DNA from: Squalus acanthias
Lineage: Eukaryota
Reading direction: 5' to 3'
NCBI GenBank assembly: GCA_030390025.1
Contig: CM059432.1
Span: forward strand, 136,464,001-136,528,000
Length of the DNA stretch: 64,000 nt
Within the stretch, counting starts at the first letter, position 1, and each line of letters opens with the position of its first letter. Below are positions 47,300 through 60,587 of this stretch, in pieces. The notes below the pieces were generated by a model that did not search any database, was not told the origin of the DNA, and saw nothing but the letters and a program-made list of their open reading frames with translations. The translations under genes and the position numbers were made by a program.

Positions 47300-50200
47300 T
47301 AAACAGAATGCTTCTAAACAGAGTGTTAAATTTGGGAATTTGGAGAGAGTGGGAATTCGGAGCAGAGGGAGAAGGAAGTGCTGCTCTTTGCCTCCAATAC
47401 TTGAAGTGCTTTGTGTTACAGGTAAATATTTAATTTAATCTACCTATAACTTAAACTAGATCTAGTAATTAGTTAAACAACTACTGCAAGAAGTATTCAC
47501 AACAAGATAGATGAATTAGTGGCACAAATAGAGATAAATAGGTTTGATCTAATAACCATTACAGAGACGTGGTTGCAATGTGACCAAGGTTGGGAACGAA
47601 ATATTCCGAAGTACTTGACATTTCGAAAAGACAGGCAGAATGGAAAAGAAGAGGGCGGGTAGCCCTGATAATAAAGGATGGCATAAGAACAATAGTGAGA
47701 AAGGATCTTGGCTCGGAAGATCGGGAAGTAGAATTAGTATGGGTGGAGATAAGAAATAATATGGGGCAGAAAACACTGGTGGGAGTAGTTTATAGGCCTC
47801 CTAACAGTAACTATACTGTTGGACAGAGCATTAATCAAGAAATAATAGGAGCTTGTAACAAAGGTAATGCAATAATCGGGGGGAGGGGGGGGGGGGTGGA
47901 ATTTAATCTTCATATAAACAGGGCAATTAAATTGGCAAAGGTAGGCTGGAGGACGAGTTCATGGAAAGCATTCGAGACAGTTTCCTAGAATCATACATTG
48001 TGGAACCAACCAGGGAACAGGCTATTTTAGATCTTGTATTGTGTAATGAGACAGGGTTAATTAGTAAAAGATCCTCTGGGGAAGAGTGATCATAATATGA
48101 TAGAATTTCACATTGAGTTTGAGAGTGAAATACTTAAATCTGAAACTAGAGTCTTAAACTTAAATAAAGCCAATTACATAGGTATGAGGGGTGAGTTGGC
48201 TAAGATAGATTGGGAAATTAGATTAAAAGCTATGACGGTAGATAAGAAGTGGCAAATATTTAAAGAAATATTCCAAAATTCTCAACAAATATACATTCCA
48301 TCGAGAAATAAAAACTCCATGGGAAAAGTGATCCATTCATGGCTAACTAAAGAAGTTAAGGATAGTACTAGATTAAAAGAAGAGGCTTATAATGTTGCAA
48401 AGAATAATAGTAAGTCTGAGGTTTGGGAGAGCTTTAGAAACCAGCAAAGGATGACCAAAACATTGATAATAAAGGAAGAGAATAGAATATGAGAGTAAAT
48501 TAGCAAGAAATATAAAAACAGATTGTAAGAGTGTCTACAAGTATGTAAAAAGGAAGAGAGTACCAAAAATAAGTGTTGCTCCCTTAGAGGCTGAGACAGG
48601 AGGAATTATAATGGGGAATAAGGAAATGGCAGAGATTTAAACAAATATTTTGTATCTGTCTTCACAGTAGAAGACACAAAAAGCATACCAAAAACAGTGG
48701 AAAACCAAGGGGCTAATGAGAGTGAGGAACTTAAAGTAATTAATATAAGTAGAGAAAAAGTACTTGAGAAACTAATGGGACTAAAAGCTGACAAATCCCC
48801 TGGACCAGATGGCCTACATCCTAGGGTTCTAAAAGAGGTAGCTGCAGAGATAGTGGATGCATTGCTTGTGATCTTCCAAAATTCCCTAGATTCTAGAATG
48901 GTCCCAGCGGATTGTAAGATAGCAAATGCAACCCCGCTATTTAAGAAAGGAGGAAGAGAGAAAACAGGGAACTACAGACCAGTTAGCCTGACATCAGTTG
49001 TCAGGAAAATGCTGGAATCCATTATTAAGGAAGTGGTAACAGGGCACTTCGAAAATCATAATATGATTAGGCAGAGTCAACATGATTTTATGAAAGGGAA
49101 ATTGTGTTTGACAAATTTATTAGAGCTTTTTGAGGATGTAACTAACAGGGTAGATAAAGGTGGACCAGTTGAAGTAGTACCACATAAAATGTTGCTACGC
49201 AAGATAAGGGCTCATGGAGTTGGGGGTAATCTATTAACATGGATAGAGGATTGGTTAAAGGGCGGAAAACAGATAGTAGGGATGAACGGGTCATTTTCTG
49301 GTTGGCAGGCTGTAACTAGTGGGGTGCTGCAAGGATCAGTGCTTGGGCTTCAGCTATTTCCAATCTATATTAATGACTTAGATGAAGGGGTCGAGTGTAA
49401 TGTAACCAGGTTTGCGGACAATACAAAGCTAGGTGGGAAAGTAAACTGTGAGGAGGACACAAAGAGCCTGCAAAGGGATATAGACAGATTAAGTGAGTGG
49501 GCAATAAGGTGGCAGATGGAGTATAATGTGGGGAAATATGGGGGGAGAAATTCAGTTGCTTTGCACCTCCCGTTAGGGCGCTAACGGGCGCAAAACAACT
49601 AGTGACCGGGCGTGGCGCCCGGGCACGGTGCCACCAACACCTCCCACGAAATTCAGCGGGAGGTTAGCGGCGGCGGTAACCGTTAGCGCCCCGTGGTGCT
49701 GCGCCGCCGGCAATGACATCATTGCCGTGGGCAGCACCCCTCTCGCGCCCCGGCTGCGATCTTCGGTAGCGCCCCCTGACTTACCGCTGGACGCTATGTC
49801 CGACGGGGTCAGGGGGCCTACCTGCGGCCGGTGCGGCGATAATTATAGGTGAGGTGCCGGGTGGCCATTTTTGTTGCTGGCCGCCTGCCAGCACCTGCCC
49901 GCATTGCCATCCCTGGCCTTCTGTGAAGCCCCCCCGTGGAGTGCCGGCTGCGCTCCGTGAGCCTGGCACTCCTCTTGAGTGCCGGGCTCTTTTGCCGGCA
50001 CTCCGATCCCTGGTGGCCCAGCTGGGCCCCGGGTCACGCTGCGCAAAGCCCCTCCCCTTTAAGAAGTTCTCTCGCAGCAGCCCAAGAGGGAGGCGGGGAC
50101 GCTTCCAGTAGCGCCCCGCTTCCCTCTTGGGGCGCAACCATTCAATTTTGGCTGCGGGGGGCTAATTTTTTCAGGGCGCTAAAAGTAGCTCCCCGGCAAA

Positions 50201-50964
50201 GTTAGCGCCCCAAAGGGGTCGCTACTCAATTTTTCCTCCGAGGGTATTCACTTTGGTAGGAAGAATAGAACAACAGAATATTCTTAAATGGTGAGAAACT
50301 ATTAAATGTTGGTGTTCAGAGAGACTTAGGTGTCCTCATACAGGAAACACAGAGAGTTAGCATGTAGGTGCAGCAAGCAATTGGGAAGGCAAACGGCATG
50401 TTGGCCTTTATTGCAAGGGGGTTGGAGTACAAGAGTAAGGAAGTCTTGCTACAATTGTACAGGGCCTTGGTGAGACCACACCTGGAGTACTGTGCATAGT
50501 TTTGGTCTCCTTATCTGAGGAAGGATATATTTGCCTTAGAGGCAGTGCAACGAAGGTTCACTAGATTGATCCCTGGGATGAGAGGGTTGTCCTATGAGGA
50601 GAGATTGAGTAGATTGGGCCTATACTCTCTGGAGTTTAGAAGAATGAGAGGAGATCTCATTGAAACATGTAAGATTCTGAGGGGGATTGACAGGCTAGAT
50701 TCTGAGAGGTTGATTCCCCTGGCTGGAGAGTCTAGAACTAGGGGGCATAGTCTCAGGATAAGCGGCCGGCCATTTAAAACTGAGATGAGGAGGAATTTCT
50801 TCACTCAGAGGGTTGTGAATCTTTGGAATTCTCTGCCCCAAAAGTCTGTGTATGCCGAACCGTTGAGTATATTCAAGGCTGAGAGAAATAGATTTTTGGA
50901 CTCTAGGGGAATCAAGGGATATGGAGATCAGGCGGGAAAGTGCGTTTGAGGTCGAAGATCAGCC
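47300..50964 (+). mobile_element. Long CR1 LINE: ORF2 APE endonuclease and reverse transcriptase, disrupted, with a MITE insertion
   Basis: APE motifs ARSIHNKIDEL..ITETWL, VVYRPPNS and SDHNMIEF. RT motifs KSPGPDGLHPRVLKE, NYRPVSLTS, QGSVLG and FADNTKL. Confidence 0.93.
49540..50239. mobile_element. Harbinger-type MITE inserted in CR1 ORF2
   Basis: Ends GGGGGAGAAATTC / AATTTTTCCTCC. Interrupts the YNVGKCEVIHFG coding. Related to 5570-6068. Confidence 0.85.
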
Positions 50965-52516
50965 ATGAAAGAGGTGGCCATTGGGATAGTGGACGCATTG
51001 GTTGTCATCTTCCAAAATTCTATAGATTCTGGAATGGTTCCTGCAGATTGGAGGATAGCAAATGTAACCCCGCTATTTAAGAAAGGAGGGAGAGAGAAAA
51101 CGGGGAACTACAGACCTATTAGCCTCCCATCAGTAGTTGGGAAAATGCTGGAATCTATTATAAAGGATGCAATAACTGGGCACTTAGAAACTAATAGTAA
51201 GATTGGGCAGAGTCAACATGGATTTATGAAAGGGAAATCCTGTTTGATAAACCTATTGGAGTTCTTTGAGGATGTAACTAGTGGAGTAGACAAAGGGGAA
51301 CCGGTAGATGTGATGTATTTGGATTTTCAGAAGGCCTTCGATAAGGTCCCACATAAGAGGTTGGTGAACAAAATTAGGGCACATGGAATTGGAGGTAATA
51401 TACTAGCATGGATTGAGAATTGGTTAACAGACAGAAAACAAAGAGTAGGGATAAACGGGTCTTTTTCAGGATGGCAGGCTGTGACTAGTGGGGTACCGCA
51501 AGGATCAGTGCTTGGGCCCCAGCTATTCACAATCTATATCAATGATTTGGATGAGGGGACTAAATGTAACATTTCCAAATTTGCTGATGACACAAAGCTA
51601 GGTGGCAGTGTCAGTTGCGAAGAGGATGTGAAGAGGCTTCAAGGGGATCTTGACAGGCTCAGTGAGTGGGCGAGAACATGACAGATGGAATATAATGTGG
51701 ATAAATGTGAAGTTATCCACTTTGGTAGAAAAAACAGAAAGGCAGAGTATTTCCTAAATGGTGAAAGATTGGGGAATGCAGATGCTCAAAGGGACCTGGG
51801 TGTCCTTGTACATGAGTCACTGAAAGTGAATGTGCAGGTGCAGCAAGCCATTAGGAAGGCAAATGGTATGTTGGCCTTCATTACAAGAGGATTTGAGTAC
51901 AGAAGTAAAGAAAGTCTTACTCCAATTATATAGGGCCTTGGTGAGACCACACCTGGAGTACTGTGTACAATTTTGGTCTCCTTACCTAAGGAAGGATATA
52001 CTTGCCATAGAGGGAGTGCAACGAAGGTTCACGAAATTGATTCCTGGGATGGCGGGACTATCGTATGAGAAGAGATTGAGTAAACTAGGCCTGTATTCTC
52101 TTGAATTCAGAAGAATGAGAGGGGATCTCATTGAAGCATACAAAATTATTACAGGGTTTGATAGGATGGATGCTGGGAGAATGTTTCCCTTGGCTGGGGA
52201 GTCTAGAACCAGGGGCTACAGCCTCAGAATAAAGGGTAGGCCATTCAGGACTGAGATGAGAAGACATTTCTTCACACAGAGGGTGGTGAATCTTTGAAAT
52301 TCTCTACCCCAGAGGGCTGTGGAGGCTCAGTCATTGGATATATTCAAAACAGAAGTCAATAGATTTCTGACTAGTAAGGGCATGAAGGGATATGGCGATA
52401 GGGCCGGTGAATGGAGTTGAGGCAGAAAATAAGCCATGATCTCATTGAATGGCGGAGCAGGCTCAAAGGGCTGAATGGCCTACTCCTGCTCCTATTTCTT
52501 ATGTTCTTATGTTCTT
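50965..52516 (+). mobile_element. Second CR1 LINE (RT domain to tail), relatively intact
   Basis: 238-aa ORF with [23 protein letters not shown] and FADDTKL. One stop and one frameshift downstream, then TTCTTATG tail. Confidence 0.93.
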
Positions 52517-53075
52517 AAATCATCCCTTAACCTTCTATATTCCAGGGAATACAAGCCTAGTTTATGAAATCTCACCTCAAACTCTAACCCTTGGTGCCCT
52601 GGTAACATTCTGGTGAATCTGCACTGCATTCCTTCCAAGGCCAGTATATCCTTTCTGAGATGCAGTGCCCAGAACTGTACACAGTACTCCAAATGTGATC
52701 TAAACAGGGCTTTGTATGGCTGTAGCAAAACTTCCTCCCCTTTATATTCTAGCCCTCTAGTTATTTTTGATTATTTTTTGTACCTGACTACTTCATTTAA
52801 TGATCTGTGTACATGGATCCCTAAATCTCTTTGGATCTCCACTGTTCCTAGCATTTCACCAATTAAATAATACTCGGATTTATCCTTTTTTGGTCCAGGT
52901 TGTCTCTCTCTAATCAGCTCAGATTTATGCAAGTGCTCAGTCACTCTGTCCTTAATTATAGATTCCAACAACTTCGCCACAACCGATGTTAGACTAACAG
53001 GTCTATAATTTCCTGGTTTCTCTCTCACACACCTTTCTTAAATAATGGAGTTACATTTGCAATTTTCCAATCTAG
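52517..53075 (-). mobile_element. CR1 LINE internal fragments
   Basis: NYRPVSLTSVVAKLLESII and HLEYCVQFW. Confidence 0.85.
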
Positions 53076-53510
53076 TGGACACCACAAAGGATTTACTTCA
53101 TAAACTAAAATATTACTTGGGTAAGTATAGAAATATAGAAAAAGTTGCAGACAAGATGCATAACCACAGATTGTAGAATGCTTTCCAACCATTTCTGGCT
53201 CTCTTCAAGTGTTCACTTGCTCTGATCCTCATAGTTTGGTGGTTGAATGCTGTATTTTCTTTGTCCTCTAAACACCTTTAAGCCTTTTATAGATCTTCTA
53301 CCAAGTCCTTCTGTTCATTAGGATAGCATGCAGCTACTTGGTTACCTTTGCTCATGTCTGGACTATAGATTGGGATGGGTATATTCCTGTGCTGAAGATC
53401 ATTACCCTCCTCAACAATATCTCCTCTATAATGATGGCTACTAGCACTTCAATAAACCGTCACTTTCAGGTTTTCTGCACCACCAATTTGAACCTTTCCA
53501 CTCAAGCACA

Positions 53511-53703
53511 TAGAATCATAGAATGATACAGCACAGAAGGAGGCCATTCGGCCCATCGTGCCTGTGCCGGCTCTTTGAAAGAGCTATCCAATTGGTCCCA
53601 CTCCCTTGCCCTTTCCCCAGTGACCTGCAAATTTCTCCCCTTCAAGCATTTATCAAATTTCTTTTTGGAAGTTACTATTTAATCTGCTTACACCGCCCTT
53701 TCA
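53511..53703 (-). mobile_element. CR1 LINE 3' end
   Basis: (CATAGAAT)n tail and GCACAGAAGGAGGCCATTCGGCCCATC. Confidence 0.8.
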
Positions 53704-53706
53704 TGT

Positions 53707-55424
53707 GACCAGAATTTTGCCGGGATCGGTGGTGGGTCAGCAGTTAAATGTGAATTGATTGACAGCGGTCGGGAACCTGCTGTCAAATCGCGCACACTTG
53801 CTTTCCCGATGTCGGGTCTGCCAGCGCTGAGCAGACCCAACAGGCAGCAGCGGGGGAACCTATTTAAATGATCTGTGGTTCGGACGAAGGGTCACAGACC
53901 TGAAATGTTGACTCTGTTTCTCTCTCTCCACGGATGCTGTCTGACCTGCTGAGTGTTTCCAGCATTTCCTGTTGTTATTTATAAATGATTAGTGCCTTGT
54001 TTACAGCCATTTAACAATGGTTTTAAACTGACCTTTTGAATTTGACAGCTCGTCCACGGGTTTCACGCTGTTGCTACACCACATCTGTGAAGCTGAGGCG
54101 GGAGGTCAGTGGCCATTGAATCAGCTGATAAGTTGACAGCTTCAAATGTCAAGTAAAAGCTAATACCTGACAGAGATATCTTCCCTCAGCCACAAGCTCT
54201 TCCTCACTGCAATCCCACTACAGATTCAGGATGCTGCAAGTCTTTATACAAGTCTCCATCCAGTCTGACCTCATTACCTCTCTCACCATTGACGCACCAG
54301 GCACACCAGTAGCACCAACAACAACACCAACTTTCTCCACAATCAACTGATGCTGCACAGGACATCAGCACCCGACCACATTGCTGCCCGGGAGGCCTAG
54401 GGATGGCCTCACCATGGCCAGATTTACTTCACTTGGCGCTGTACACCATGGCTGCCACATGATGCACCAGGTTAGCACCACCCCACACCAGCACCATAAA
54501 GCATCCCTACAATGCCAAAGCCATTCCTTTCACACTCATCACCATTGCGGGGAGTACCGTTATGTCGCATCATTCACTGCAACTCACTAAGCCACTTCCA
54601 AAGGTACACATAAATCTGTCCAAGAATGCAAAGTGTTGAAAATAAAGGTTTCAATGTTTGACAGCACATTAACAGAAATTTCACATGAACATTGGCTAAA
54701 ATACCCAAGTGCCTACCCTTGTGTGTTGTTAGTTGGTATGATTAGGCTAGGATGAGGGTAAGTGTGAGGGGTGGCTAGTGAGATGGGGAAATGATAATGT
54801 AGATAGAGAGAGAGGGATGGGTGGAGGTGCAAGGTAAGTTGGTGTGAGTAAGGATGTGCAGGAGTAGGGCATGGAAGGCAGAGTGATGGGGATGTGATGA
54901 GTGGCACAGCAGGATGAGGTTGAGTGTGGCTTTGCAGTAACGTTTCGTGATCTACTGAGATCATTGAAAGGTTTGCACCACTGCAGCCTGGTCCTCCTGA
55001 CGACATCCCTGCTTGTGTCCTCCTGTGCAATGTGCAACCAGGCTGCGTTGATCTCCTGGGTAGGTCTCTTCCGCCCATGGGAAGGGAAGAGGACCTCCCT
55101 GCGTATGGAGGGAGTCATGGGAGAGCCTGGGTGCAGCCCTGCACCTCTGTGCAGTGCTTGTCAGTATTTGCAGCACCTCAATGCTGTAGAACACTGACAG
55201 CACAAATGCCAAAATAAAGTTGGCCATGGTCCCTTTAAGGAAACATGCTGATGACGCGTCATCAAATGTCGTCACCAGACCCGCTTCCTCTAATTGGCCG
55301 GAAACTCGCTGGGCGGGCTTAACAAGCCCCATCAAGGGAAATTCATTTACACAGCGGGATGGAGCTAGCAGCGGGGCCGCGACCCGCCACCGACCGCGGC
55401 CGCCGAGGTCAGCAAAATCACGGC
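53707..55424. mobile_element. Internally deleted Harbinger relic with a Myb/SANT exon fragment
   Basis: Imperfect inverted ends (ATTTTGC...TCGGTGG(T/C)GGGTC). Minus strand 54950-55105 reads RREVLFPSHGRKRP..INAAWLHIA...RTRLQWCKPFNDL. Confidence 0.65.
53880..53980 (+). mobile_element. Penelope-like pLTR fragment with a degenerate hammerhead
   Basis: CGGACGAAGGGTCACAGACCTGAAATGTTGACTCTGTTTCTCTCTCTCC. Confidence 0.65.
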
Positions 55425-55551
55425 GAATGTGTGGATTGAGTTTGATTCCAACAAAATATTTGAGAAAACAATTGAGACATTGTGCCTTGGTGGCACTACT
55501 GAAAACCAGGTTTTAATGACATCATGCAATGCATTTCAGATCATAATAATT

Positions 55552-55880
55552 CACCCCTCCCTATCTCAGTAACCTCCCCCAGCCCTACAACCCTCCGAGA
55601 TCTCTGTCCACCTCCAATTCTGGCCTCTTGTGTATTCCCCAATTTTCTTCGCTCCACCATTGGCAGATGTACCTTCAACTGCCGAGGCCCTAAGCTCTGG
55701 AATTTGTACCCTGAACCTCTCCGCCTCTCTCTCCTCTTTTAAGACGCTCCTTAAGCCTACCTCTTGGACCAAGCTTTTGGTCATCTGTCCTAATATCTCC
55801 TTATGTGGCTCAGTGTCAAATTTAGTTTGATAATCACTCCAATGAAGTGCCTGACTACCTAAAGGCAAGTTGTTGTTGCG
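55552..55880 (+). mobile_element. L2 LINE 3' end
   Basis: LRSTIGR.TF...GPKLWN coding and (TTG)n tail. Confidence 0.8.
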
Positions 55881-56666
55881 TAAAAAATTCTCCTCGTCTA
55901 ATCTCTGACTCTTTTGATCTAGATGATCATCTGCCTGGTGTCTCATTCGGATCAAAAGGCTTATTTCCTACTTTCTAAGGTGTTGAGCTGCAATTCTTGT
56001 TGCTCACTGCCGATTGGGTGTCTTAATTTATTACCAGAGACAAGAGTTGCTGCTTATTGGAAAATGATGCATTCCTGCATGGACAGTAATTGAACACCTT
56101 TATTGACAAATAACTGGGCCTTAATGACTAACAGTTGGAACATCTCAGGTATATTTAAATACTTATCCATAGAGCCAGTAGGGTGACTGGAGGCAACTTA
56201 TCTTTTCAACCAAATTGTTCATAGATACCTCTTTGTGATTCCAGAGAAGTGCTTCTCAAGTGCTCATTCATCCTTTCAGTGAAAGCATTTAATGGCTTTT
56301 CCATTTTATGCAACAAGGTGCTTTATATCCCATGAATTGATTGCGAAAAGAGCTATCTGTTCTTCACACCATTCCCCATCGATAGTTTTATTTAGAATCA
56401 ATATCATTCACCAAAACAAGAAGCCTGCGCAAAAATCAGGATCCATTTAAAAATATATATATATGTTAAAAGCAGAAAATTTGCTGTATTCATTTCAAAA
56501 GGGATTGCTGTTTATTTCCGTTCTGCTCTGGTTGCTGCATGGGCAGCGCTTGGATTGATCAAGCTTTTGGATCTGGAATCTGGTCCAGGCCCATTCTAAA
56601 ATATATGGTTAAGACCTGAATATGAAATTTGGATAAGGAAGAAATTGCCAAGCCACTGAGGACTCG

Positions 56667-56885
56667 ACAATTTGTATTTATATAGCGTCTTTAACGTAGT
56701 AAAACAACCCAGGGTGCTTTACAGGAGCATTAGCAGACAAAATTTGACACCGAGCCAAAGAAGGAGATATTAAGAGAGATGACAAAAAGCTTGGCCAAAG
56801 AGGTAGGTTTTAAGGAGCGCCTTAAAGGAGGAGAGAGAGGTAGAGAGGCGGAGAGGTTTAAGGAGGGAATTCCAGAGCTTAGGGG
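56667..56885 (-). mobile_element. L2 LINE 3' end
   Basis: Same family as the other L2 ends. Confidence 0.8.
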
Positions 56886-57017
56886 CTGTGACCGAGACTC
56901 AGTTTAATACTGTTAGGAAAATGGAGGTTACGGCTGGATTGTCATGGGAACATAGTTTTGGAAAACTATTTTATGTACATTTACATATAACACAATAATG
57001 TAAATTGCACCCAACTT

Positions 57018-57514
57018 CAGTGAAACCTGTACAGACTGAAACTCCCAAAAAACTGGATACCTGCAAAAAACAGACACTTATAGAGAGACCCAAATAACTT
57101 GGATGGTAAAATATACAAGAGACACTGTGAAATCATGGACACAAGCAAATTATGAACTATGGACAGTCTTCAATGCACCAAGCCCTTTTTCAACTTAAAA
57201 CACAGGGCACACCGGTCAGCGCGAGGTGGTAGCAGGTTTTGTGAATGAAACGGCTTTTGTGGAATGGGGGAGCTCTTTACCCAGCCTCCATAGCGGCAGA
57301 GAACCCGCTCTATCTCTGGGACAGAACGCTTGCAACGGTTCGATTCCCGGGATAGAGAGGTTTCGCTGCCGCTATGGATGCTGGGTAAAGAACTCCCCAT
57401 TCTACAGAACATCTTTACAGTACACACAATGACCATTTTGAAAATAAGGACACCTGCAAAAAAAGGACAGCTGATGCCAGTCCCTAAGGTGTCCGTAATT
57501 TACAGGTTTCACTG
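57018..57514. mobile_element. Tigger/pogo-type MITE
   Basis: TIR CAGTGAAACCTGTA / TACAGGTTTCACTG. TA on the right, TT on the left. Confidence 0.75.
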
Positions 57515-57874
57515 TACATCATTTGAATGTGGCATCCTTCTCCGACCAAAAAGAGGTTTGCCAAACATTCTTTCACAGAGACTGTGTCACTTTAAACAAG
57601 CGATACAGATGCACAGAGCCATTAGGCTAGTTCAGAATGGGCAGAACAATTTTTTGTCACCAGTTTCTTTAAGGGCAGTTGCATATTAATCTGAATGGAG
57701 CTGAATTACTAATTTCTCTGCATAAAGACAAATGAGCACAATCAGATGGATCGTGATTTGGAATTTAATGCCTGAAGTTAGCCTGTTAATGGTACTGGAA
57801 GGTAAGTGGACCCCTGAAACCTGCTTTCGGTCAATTTATAAGAAAAGGTACAAAGGTTTTGGGGTATTTTTTTA

Positions 57875-59136
57875 TTCATCCATGGGATGTGGGTGTCGCT
57901 GGCAAGGCCAGCATTTATTGCACATCCCGAACTGCCCTTGAGAAGGTGGTGGTGAGCCATCTTCTTGAACCACTGCAGTCCGTGTGGTGAAGGTATTCCC
58001 ACAGTGCTGTTAGGGAGGGAGTTGCAGGATTTTGACCCAACGACGATGAAGGATCGGCGATATATTTCCAAGTAGGATGGTGTGTGACTTGGAGGGGAAC
58101 TTGGAGGTGGTGGTGTTCCCATGGGCCTGCTGCCCTTGTCCTTCTCCTTCTAGGTGGTAGAGGTCGCGGGTTTGGGAGGTGCTGTTGAAGAAGCCTTGGC
58201 AAGTTGCTGCAGTGCATCTTGTAGATGGTACACACTGCAGCCACGGTGCGCCGGTGGTGGAGGGATTGAATGTTCAAGGTGGTAGATGAGGTGCCAATCA
58301 AGCGGATTGCTTTGTCCTGGATGGTGTCGAGCTTTTTGAGTGTTGTTGGAGCTGCACTCATCCAGGCAAGTGAGAGTATTCCATCACAGTCCTGACTTGT
58401 GCCTTGTAGATGGTGGAAAGGCTTTGAGAAGTCAGGAAATGAGACACTCACCAGAGAATACCCAGCATCTGACCTGCTCTTGTAGCCACAGTATTTATGT
58501 GGCTGGTCCAGTTAAGTTTCTGGTCAATGGTGACCCCCAGGATGTTGATGGTGGGGTATTCAGCGATGGTAATGCCATTGAATGTCAAGGGGCAGTCGTT
58601 AGACTCTTTCTTATTGGAGAAATTCATTGCCTGGCACTTATGTGGCGCAAATGTTACTTGCCACTTATCAGCCCAAGTCTGAATGTCATCCAGGTCTTGC
58701 TGCATGTGGGCATGGACTGCTTCATTATCTGAGGAGTGGCGAATGGAACTGAACACTGTGCAATCATCAGCTAACATTCTCACTTCTGACCTTATGGTGG
58801 AGGGAAGGTCATTGATGAAGCAGCTGAAGATGGTTGGGCCTAGGGCACTGCCCTGAGGAACTCCTGTAGTGAGGTCCTGGGGCTGAGATGATTGGCCTCC
58901 AACAACCACAACCATCTTCCTTTGTGCTAGGTATGACTCCAACCAGTGGAGTTTTCCCCCTGATTCCCATTGACTTCAATTTTACTCGGGCTCCTTGATG
59001 CCACACTCGGTCAAATGCTGCCTTGATGTCAAGGGCAGTCACTCTCACCTCACCTCTGGAATCCAGCTCTTTTGTCCATGTTTGGACCAAGGCAGCAATG
59101 AGGTCTGGAGCCGAGTGGTCCTGGCAGAACCCAAAC
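57875..59136 (-). mobile_element. CR1-group LINE (second family), RT domain to 3' end, frameshifted
   Basis: ALDIKAAFDRVWHQG, GVPQGSALGPTIFSCFINDL, LADDCTV and ILGVTIDQKLNWTSHIN. Confidence 0.9.
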
Positions 59137-59212
59137 TGCGCATCAGCTTAATTTCTGATGTGCACTATATTTTAATGACCATCAAGTTCCTCTTTGTTCT
59201 ACTTTAAGAAAA

Positions 59213-59619
59213 ACAAAGAATTGCATTTATACAGCGCATTTCACGACCTCAGGAAGTTCCAAAACACTTTACAGCCAATGAAGTACGGTCACTGTTGCAA
59301 TGTAGGAAATGCTGCAGCAAATTTGCGCTCAGCAATGTGATAATGACCAGATAATCTGTTTTAGTGATGTTGGTTGAGAGATACTCATGCTCTTCTTCAA
59401 AATAGTGCCATGGGATCTTTTACATCCGCCTGAGAGGGCAGACGGGGCCTCGGTTTAACGTCTCATCCGAAAGACGGCACCTCCGACAATGCAGCCCTCC
59501 CTCAGTGCTGCACTGGAGTGTCAGCCTGGATTATGTGCTCAAGTCTCTGGAGTGGGATTTGAACCAAAAACCTTCTGACACAGAGGTGAGAGTGCTACCA
59601 ACTGAGCCACGGCTGACAC
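59213..59619 (-). mobile_element. SacSINE1-like SINE
   Basis: Reverse complement of the 161-620 SINE. Confidence 0.85.
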
Positions 59620-59676
59620 AACTTTAAGACAGTTGTTAGTCTGCTTATTTTAAATGGGTTAACTACTGTACCCCCA

Positions 59677-59785
59677 CATTACAACAGTGACTACACTCCA
59701 AAAGTACTTCATTGGCTGTAAAGCACTTTGAGGCGTCCAGTGGTCGTGAAAGGCGCTATATAAATGCAAGTCTTTTTTTCTTTTT
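59677..59785 (+). mobile_element. SacSINE1-like 3' tail fragment
   Basis: CATTACAACAGTGACTACAC...GGCGCTATATAAATGCAAGTC. Confidence 0.75.
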
Positions 59786-60008
59786 TTACTAAAATAACAC
59801 CAACAGCAGTTTGATGAGATGACCCGAACGCTAGAGAATTAAACTTCTATGATAATCAAAATTATACGGTGACTGTTATGAATTCAAGCCTGCTGTATAT
59901 ACCTTCTCTGGTTTACAGGTGGCAGTCGCTCCCTTAATTAATCCCTTCTGAAGGCCAGCATGGCATATCTGACTTGGAATAATCAGTCCCTAGTCTTATC
60001 CCTTTATG

Positions 60009-60572
60009 AAATAAAAACAGAAATTGCTGGAAACACTCAGCAGGTCAGGCAGCATCTGTGGAGAGAGAAACAGAGTTAACGTTTCAGGTCGATGACCCTT
60101 TCGTCAGAACTGGAAAAGATTAGAGATGTAACATGTCTTAAGCAAGTACAGAGGCAGGGAAAGGGTGAGGGGAGGAAAAAATCTAAAGAGAAGGTCTGTG
60201 ATAGGGTGGAAGGCAGGAGAGATTAAATGACAAAAGGGATGATGGTGCAAAGCGAAAGGAGATGGTAATGGGACAAGTAAAGAAACAAAAGATGGGTCGA
60301 GAGGAGCTGTAATATCAGAATCATCAGCAACAGCTGCTGTCTGACAAAATGGGGCAGAGGTTATGATCTGAAATTGTTGAACTCAATGTTGAGTCTGGAA
60401 GGCTGTAAAGTGCCTAATAGAAAGATGAGGTGTTGTTCCTCGAGCTTCCGTTGAGCTTTCTATTAGGCATTTTACAGCCTTCCGGGCCCGTCTATTGACC
60501 TGCTCAGTGCTGAGTATTTCCAGCACTGTCTGTTTATATTTCAGATTTCCAGCATCTGCAGTATCTTGCTCT
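60009..60572 (-). mobile_element. Penelope-like insertion (family A): GIY-YIG C-terminus and pLTR with a 5' inverted segment
   Basis: Minus strand encodes QRKLEEQHLIFLLGTLQPSRLNIEFNNFRS*. Flanked by the direct repeat TCTTATCCCTTTATG. Confidence 0.85.
60074..60111 (-). ncRNA. Minimal type I hammerhead ribozyme motif
   Basis: AGTT-CTGACGA-AAGGGTC ATC GACCT-GAAA-CG-TT-AACT with an intact core. Confidence 0.72.
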
Positions 60573-60587
60573 TCTTATCCCTTTATG

